DNA of 64,000 nt, from contig CAVXXK010000001.1 of the NCBI GenBank assembly GCA_963765675.1, forward strand, positions 288,001 to 352,000, written 5' to 3'. The notes beneath the pieces are model-generated. The model saw only the letters and a program-made list of their open reading frames with translations. It did not search any database and had not been told where the DNA came from. The translations under genes and the position numbers were made by a program. Numbering within the stretch: the first letter of the stretch is position 1; each line of letters opens with the position of its first letter. Shown piece by piece: positions 58,985-64,000 of this stretch. This DNA comes from an uncultured delta proteobacterium (GTDB lineage Bacteria; Desulfobacterota; Binatia; Binatales; Binataceae).

Positions 58985-60754
58985 TCACCATCCGATTACC
59001 TGCGTAGGCATGACCGGTTGCGCCTGTCCGCGAGGGTCGCACGCCCCGCTGAGCAATCCCGGCGCGCGATCGATCGAAACCGCTATGACGTGGCCCTCGG
59101 ACCATGGCGGCCGCACCTCGATTTTGTGGCCGCGCTCGGCGAGCTCGGCGCGCACACGCGGATCGATTCGATCTTCGAGGCGCAGCACGCCCGGCATCGT
59201 GTTGTGCGGGTAAAAGGTGGACGGAAAGTGCGGGGTCGAGAATTTGGGCGCCTCGATCGCCTCTTGCAGATCCATTCCGAAATCGACTGCGTTGAGAAAA
59301 AACTGGAACGTCCACTGATCCTGCTGATCTCCGCCGGGCGTGCCGAATGCCATGTACGGCTCGCCCGCGCGCATCGCAAGCGACGGCGACAATGTTGTGC
59401 GCGGGCGCTTGCCCGGCACCAGCGCGTTGGGATGATTCTCGTCGAGGTAAAAGGTCTGCATCCGGCTTCCGAGCGGGAACCCGAGTGCCTCGATCACCGG
59501 CGAGCTCGGAATCCATCCGCCGCTCGCCGTCACCGCGATCATATTGCCCGCGCGGTCGCAGGCGGCGACGTGAATCGTTCCCTCGCCCCACGGACGGGCG
59601 GGAGCGGCGCCACCGGCGCGCAACGCCTGCATCGCAATCGGATCGCCGGGGCGCTGCTCCATCGACGCGCGGCGCGGATCGATAAGTCCTCGTCGCAGCT
59701 CCGCGTAGCGCGGCGCGAGCAGGCCGTCGATCGGCACGCGGGTAAATTCGGGATCGGCGTAGTAGGCCTCGCGATCGGCAAACGCGAGCTTGGCCGATTC
59801 GATCACGGTGTGGATATACTCCGCCGAGTTGTGGCGCATCGCGCGCAGGTCGAAGCCTTCCAGGACGCGGAGCTGCTGCAAGAACACGGGACCCTGTGAC
59901 CACGGACCGCATTTGAAGACGCTGACGCCGCGGTAATCGACGCTCAAAGGCTGCTCGATTCGAGTAGTGAAACCCGCGAGGTCGGATGCGTCGAGCAAGC
60001 CACCTTGCTCATCCGACCACGCCGCGATGTCGCGCGCGATATCGCCGCGGTAGAAGCGCTCGCGCGCCGCTTCCAGCGCAGGCTTGCGGCCCTGCTGCTT
60101 CGCGGAGGATTCGGAATCGAGCAGACGGCGGTAGAATCCTGCCAGCGCGGGGTTCTTGATAATCGCGCCCGGCTTCGGAACCTCGCCGCCCGGAAGATAG
60201 ACGCGCGCCGACGACGGCCATCGCGTGCGAAATCTTTCAGCGTTGGCGCGAATCGACGCGCCCGCTCCCGCCTGATACTGCTCGCCCGATTCAGCCGGCT
60301 CGCCGCACAATCCGACATGCATCGGAAATCCGTCCTCGGCCAGCTCGAGCGCGGGCTCCAGAACCTGCGCCAGCGACATCGTTCCGAACTCAGACAGCGC
60401 GGTGACAAGCGCGCCGAGCGCGGCGGGAACTCCAGCGGCGAGCAGGCCGGAGGGCGGAATCAGCTCTTTTCCCAGAGCGCGGAATTTGGCGATCGTCGCA
60501 CGCGCCGGCGCGATCATGTTGCCGTTGATCGCGACTACGCGGCGGGCATCAGCCGAGTAGATGAGCATCGGCGCTTCGCCGCCGATCGTATGCATATGCG
60601 GATTAACCACGCCCTCGACGAACGTCGCGGCGACCGCGGCGTCGATAGCGTTTCCGCCTCGGGCGAAGATTCGCGCTCCCGCCGAAGCCGACAGATAGTG
60701 CTGCGTTGCAACAACGGCCTGGCGGCCCATCACGAGCGGATACAATGTAGGCAT
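58985..60754 (-). CDS. Gamma-glutamyltransferase family protein (cytoplasmic, no signal peptide)
   Basis: GGNAIDAAVA, FYRGDIA, KLAFADR, Thr nucleophile in GTIH, PGKRPRTTLSP, GTPGGDQQ. Confidence 0.92.
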   Translation of the reverse strand: MPTLYPLVMGRQAVVATQHYLSASAGARIFARGGNAIDAAVAATFVEGVVNPHMHTIGGEAPMLIYSADARRVVAINGNMIAPARATIAKFRALGKELIPPSGLLAAGVPAALGALVTALSEFGTMSLAQVLEPALELAEDGFPMHVGLCGEPAESGEQYQAGAGASIRANAERFRTRWPSSARVYLPGGEVPKPGAIIKNPALAGFYRRLLDSESSAKQQGRKPALEAARERFYRGDIARDIAAWSDEQGGLLDASDLAGFTTRIEQPLSVDYRGVSVFKCGPWSQGPVFLQQLRVLEGFDLRAMRHNSAEYIHTVIESAKLAFADREAYYADPEFTRVPIDGLLAPRYAELRRGLIDPRRASMEQRPGDPIAMQALRAGGAAPARPWGEGTIHVAACDRAGNMIAVTASGGWIPSSPVIEALGFPLGSRMQTFYLDENHPNALVPGKRPRTTLSPSLAMRAGEPYMAFGTPGGDQQDQWTFQFFLNAVDFGMDLQEAIEAPKFSTPHFPSTFYPHNTMPGVLRLEDRIDPRVRAELAERGHKIEVRPPWSEGHVIAVSIDRAPGLLSGACDPRGQAQPVMPTQVIGW

Positions 60755-61000
60755 CGTGAAACCTCACCAGTATGTGGACATTTGTGCATCTTCAGGTCTT
60801 CGCGGGATGCGATCGCGCTACGCGTTCGGTTAAAGACCTGCCCCGAAAGAGCCATCGAAGCAAGCCTGCTACATCTTTCTACCTTCGCAATCAGCGTTTG
60901 AATTCGCGAAACCCAAGCATCGTTAGGAATATTGGGAATATAAAGATTTCCACAAGCTGGGGAAAACGAATCGGACGCTCATTAATAACGTCTAAATATT

Positions 61001-61016
61001 AGGCCCGAAGCTTGCT
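61001..61016 (+). promoter_or_regulatory. Candidate sigma54 (-24/-12) promoter
   Basis: AGGCCCGAAGCTTGCT has the GG-N10-GC spacing (consensus TGGCACG-N4-TTGCW) and follows an AT-rich tract. Confidence 0.55.
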
Positions 61017-61077
61017 AGAATAAAAATCGGTGGATGAGGAAAACTGACGACCGGACTGGCGCAAAGAGGACAAGACA

Positions 61078-61284
61078 ATGATGGCCAGCACAAGTATCGA
61101 GGCGGCGGTGGGGCGAAATTGCCGATTACTGAGACCAGTTCGCGATCATGAAGGTCGCAATCGTTTCGGTGAGAGACCCCTTATCCTGCGCGAGGTAAAC
61201 AACCTGGACCGGCACATGTACCTAGTGCAGTTCGACGACGGAGCCACCACTTTTCTGTTTCCCGACGAAGTCACGGTGGAATAA
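61078..61284 (+). CDS. Small hypothetical protein (68 aa)
   Basis: AGAGGA RBS; beta-rich ending YLVQFDDGATTFLFPDEV. Confidence 0.75.
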   Translation: MMASTSIEAAVGRNCRLLRPVRDHEGRNRFGERPLILREVNNLDRHMYLVQFDDGATTFLFPDEVTVE

Positions 61285-61375
61285 CCGCAAAGGTTTTTCG
61301 CTCGACTTTGTCCGCTGCGAAGCGTCGCTTGAGAATGCGCAAACTGCGCAGGAGGTTTTCTGCGCCGCCGACCGG

Positions 61376-62395
61376 CTAGGCCGGCTCTGCCGTAGGATCG
61401 CTTTGGCGAATCGCGGTCAGCTCTCGCGACGCGCGCGGCACGAAGAACAATCCGATCACCGCATTGCAGAACATGTAGGTGAACTGAGCCACTAGGCTGT
61501 ATGCGACCAGCTTTGCCGGCGACGCGCTGCCTGCGAAGAACAATAGCCACGCCGCCTGGCTGGTTCCCAGATGCGCGACCGAGATCGGCAGCGCGCCCGC
61601 CAGGAACACCAGCGGCAGAAATAGAATCAGCCGCAGAACCGGAATCGATACGCCATAGATCGCCAGCGCGAAGTAGTGCGCGACCGCTGACGCAAGAAAC
61701 GTCGGCGCCTTGATCGCGAGCACCGCCGCATAATCGAGCGGACGCGCCGCGATGAACGTCTGCGCGATCGCGCCGGCGCGTCCTTGCTCGACCCAATCGC
61801 GAATACGCGGGCTGCGCCGCACAATCGCAAAAAAAATCATCACGCCAAAGAGCAGCGTCCACGCGAGCAGATAGACGATGCGCAGGATTCCGATGATCCG
61901 CGCCTGCGTCGCTCCGACTGGCGTATAGAACAACACTCCGACCGTCGAGAACAGGAACAATTGGTAGATCTCGAGCATCGCGATGAACAGGATCGAGCTG
62001 AGCGCGGAAAGAAAGGAAAAGCCGCCCTTGCGATGCAGGTAGTACGCGACCCCGCCCTGCGCGAGGCCGGTGTTCAGCATCGCGAGCACGTACATGCTCG
62101 CGCGAATCGGCAGGATATCGCGCCAGCGCATCGGCGCGTTGAACCGCCGCACCACCCACGCGAGGCAATAGGAATCGATGATGCAGTAGAAGATCGAGTA
62201 GGGCAGAAAAATCGCGACGAACTTCGCAATCGGGACCTGGCGCAAATCGGCGGCGACCTTTGACGCCGAGATTCGCCAGAAGATCAGCACGAAGATGATG
62301 ACCGTGCCGGCGTAGGGAATCGCCTTGCGCCACAGCGGCGCGCCCGCTTTCGCTGCCGGCTGCTCGCGACGCTGCGATGCGCCGGGCGCGGTCAT
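61376..62395 (-). CDS. Lysylphosphatidylglycerol synthase TM-domain (UPF0104/flippase-like) protein
   Basis: About 8 TM helices; LPISVAHLGTSQAAW resembles the family P.s.gglG motif. Confidence 0.75.
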   Translation of the reverse strand: MTAPGASQRREQPAAKAGAPLWRKAIPYAGTVIIFVLIFWRISASKVAADLRQVPIAKFVAIFLPYSIFYCIIDSYCLAWVVRRFNAPMRWRDILPIRASMYVLAMLNTGLAQGGVAYYLHRKGGFSFLSALSSILFIAMLEIYQLFLFSTVGVLFYTPVGATQARIIGILRIVYLLAWTLLFGVMIFFAIVRRSPRIRDWVEQGRAGAIAQTFIAARPLDYAAVLAIKAPTFLASAVAHYFALAIYGVSIPVLRLILFLPLVFLAGALPISVAHLGTSQAAWLLFFAGSASPAKLVAYSLVAQFTYMFCNAVIGLFFVPRASRELTAIRQSDPTAEPA

Positions 62396-62820
62396 CGCGA
62401 GATGAGCGGCGCCCGCGCGGTGCCGGTCAGAACCGCCTCACCGCGTTGATTTTCGACCCGCATCGATAGCTCCGCGAATCCGTTCGCGATCCGCTCGATC
62501 TTCGCGCGCGCCGCCAGCGTGTCGCCGTAGAGCACCGGCTTGATGAGTGCAGCCTCGAAGCGGCCGCCGCGGTAGAAATCCTCGCCGAAGCGATCGGCGA
62601 TCAATTGCATCATCACCGCGATCGTCTGCTCGCCCGCAGCAATCGGCTTAGCGAATCCCGCCGCGGCTGCCGCCTGCGGATCGCTATGGATATTCTTGGT
62701 GCGCCTGCGCGCAGGCTCCTTGACGCTCGCGCCGTAGGCCTCGGCGGCTGCGTCGTCGAGCAGGTACGGCGCGGCGGCAATCACCTCGCCTTCGCTTGGA
62801 TGCCGATGTTCTTCGCTCAT
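62392..62820 (-). CDS. MaoC-family dehydratase (hotdog fold)
   Basis: NIHSD..AAAAGF.KPIA.G, KPVLYGDTL, VENQRGE.V..GTA. Confidence 0.8.
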   Translation of the reverse strand: MSEEHRHPSEGEVIAAAPYLLDDAAAEAYGASVKEPARRRTKNIHSDPQAAAAAGFAKPIAAGEQTIAVMMQLIADRFGEDFYRGGRFEAALIKPVLYGDTLAARAKIERIANGFAELSMRVENQRGEAVLTGTARAPLISR

Positions 62821-63263
62821 GCCATCCGTCCTTTTTCGTTGAGCAGCACCGAGGTTATCGCTTGCCGCGTCAGCAGCTCGCCGGTGGCGGCGTCGCGGGT
62901 TTCGTATTCGAGGGTGAAATAAAACTTGCCGCGCTTGTGCGCCGCGTCGGTGATCACGCCATCGACGCGCACCGCCTGCCCCGCGCGCATCGGCGCATGA
63001 TACTCGCACCAATGTTTCGCGTGCACTCCCCCTTTGCCGCCCTTGAAATGTTTCGTGATGAGTAGCGCGTAATCGAGCAGGCGCATCGTTGGCGGAGCGA
63101 TCGCGTTCTCTCCGGCATGCAGCAGATTCCTGCTGCCGATCGCGCGTGTGAACGCGCCGATCTGCTCGGCCGAGACGATGTAGAAGATCGGACCGAGCCG
63201 CATCCCTTCGCGGACGTTCTCCGCGCGCATCTCGAGCCGGGCTTCGCCGTCGTCTGCGCTCAT
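62817..63263 (-). CDS. MaoC/FAS1-like dehydratase partner subunit
   Basis: I.AF.RAIG..N, IAPPT, VHA..EYHAP.RAG, KRGK; 4-bp overlap with the next gene. Confidence 0.72.
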   Translation of the reverse strand: MSADDGEARLEMRAENVREGMRLGPIFYIVSAEQIGAFTRAIGSRNLLHAGENAIAPPTMRLLDYALLITKHFKGGKGGVHAKHWCEYHAPMRAGQAVRVDGVITDAAHKRGKFYFTLEYETRDAATGELLTRQAITSVLLNEKGRMA

Positions 63264-63321
63264 CTTGTTGATCCTCTGATTTGATCCCGGAACGCGGTCA
63301 TGGCAGATTCTGCGCACTCCG

Positions 63322-63990
63322 ATGCCGTATTCAACCGTACCATATGCGCGCGCCGCGCGGATGCATCTCGCGCGCGTCGATCCGGTGATGGCGGCGATTA
63401 TCGCCAAGGTCGGCGCGTGCCAGATCGTGCAGCGCCGCGAGCGCTTTCGGGCGCTCGCCCGCGCGATCATTTTTCAACAACTCGCCGGAGCCGCCGCCAC
63501 CGCGATCTACGGCCGGGTGGTTGGACTCTATCCGGGCCGCGCGTTTCCGCATCCTACCCAGATTCTCGCCACTCCCGACGCGATTCTGCGCAAGGCTGGA
63601 CTCTCGGCCAAGAAGGCGCTCTACATCAAGGACCTCGCGACGCACGTCGAAAAAAAGATTCTCAACTTTCATCGCTTCGCGCGCATGACCGATGAGGAAG
63701 TCATCGCCGACCTGACGCGCGTAAAAGGGATCGGGCGATGGACCGCCGAGATGTTCCTGATGTTCAATCTCGCGCGCCCCGATGTTCTGCCTGTAGACGA
63801 CCTGGGCGTGCGCAACGCCGTCGGACGCGCGTACTCGATGCGCAAGCCGCCGACGCCGAAAGAGTTGCGCGTCTTCGGACAGCGATGGAGCCCCTACCGG
63901 ACCGCGGCCGCATGGTACCTGTGGAAAAGCCTCGAGATCAAAACGCCCGGCACTGTGGATAGAAAGCCCGCGCCGCGCCAGCACCGCTAG
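63322..63990 (+). CDS. alkA: DNA-3-methyladenine glycosylase II (AlkA family, HhH-GPD)
   Basis: AIIFQQL, GLS..K, VKGIGRWTAEM.LMF.L.RPDVLPVDDLG, WSPYRT.A.WYLW. Confidence 0.9.
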   Translation: MPYSTVPYARAARMHLARVDPVMAAIIAKVGACQIVQRRERFRALARAIIFQQLAGAAATAIYGRVVGLYPGRAFPHPTQILATPDAILRKAGLSAKKALYIKDLATHVEKKILNFHRFARMTDEEVIADLTRVKGIGRWTAEMFLMFNLARPDVLPVDDLGVRNAVGRAYSMRKPPTPKELRVFGQRWSPYRTAAAWYLWKSLEIKTPGTVDRKPAPRQHR

Positions 63991-64000
63991 AGCTCGCGTA

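Noticed and set aside
60795-60840. Riboswitch upstream of ggt (CAGGTCTT/AAGACCTG stem)
   Set aside because: A single 8-bp stem with no recognisable aptamer consensus or expression platform.

Overview
A GC-rich bacterial chromosomal segment. The gene content (carD-ispD, tmk-holB-ricT-metG-tatD, DUF1844, S53 protease with an Ig-like tail, glycine-zipper lipoproteins) suggests a Binatota/deltaproteobacteria-like diderm, but this is inference only. It is mostly housekeeping and metabolic genes: RhlE-like helicase, a TolC-CusB-CusA metal efflux operon, acyl-CoA dehydrogenase plus APH-like kinase, a xanthine-dehydrogenase-family trio plus MoaD, a lone groEL, rimI, carD, ispD, larE, cysK, htpX, degQ, mrcB, tsaD, rsmA, mutM, pilD, tmk, holB, metG, tatD, ggt and alkA. 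I found no rRNA, tRNA, CRISPR array, prophage or transposase. Four genes are split by five single-base insertions, most likely sequencing errors. The most interesting signals are: (1) an ECF sigma factor translationally coupled to an Ogt with a C-terminal Ada zinc sensor and no AraC domain, a candidate sigma-driven alkylation response; (2) a ferredoxin-transmembrane-Hsp20-like fusion protein; (3) a promoter-and-terminator-bounded three-hairpin candidate sRNA at 15984-16109; (4) two MITE-like elements with target-site duplications inserted in the loops of REP hairpins and carrying other REPs; (5) a Cys-rich, Pro-Pro leader ORF with a pairing element upstream of the cus operon; (6) three tandem glycine-zipper lipoproteins, two Lpp/OprI-like lipoproteins, and small unannotated proteins. 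All product calls come from motif recognition by eye; no database searches were run.
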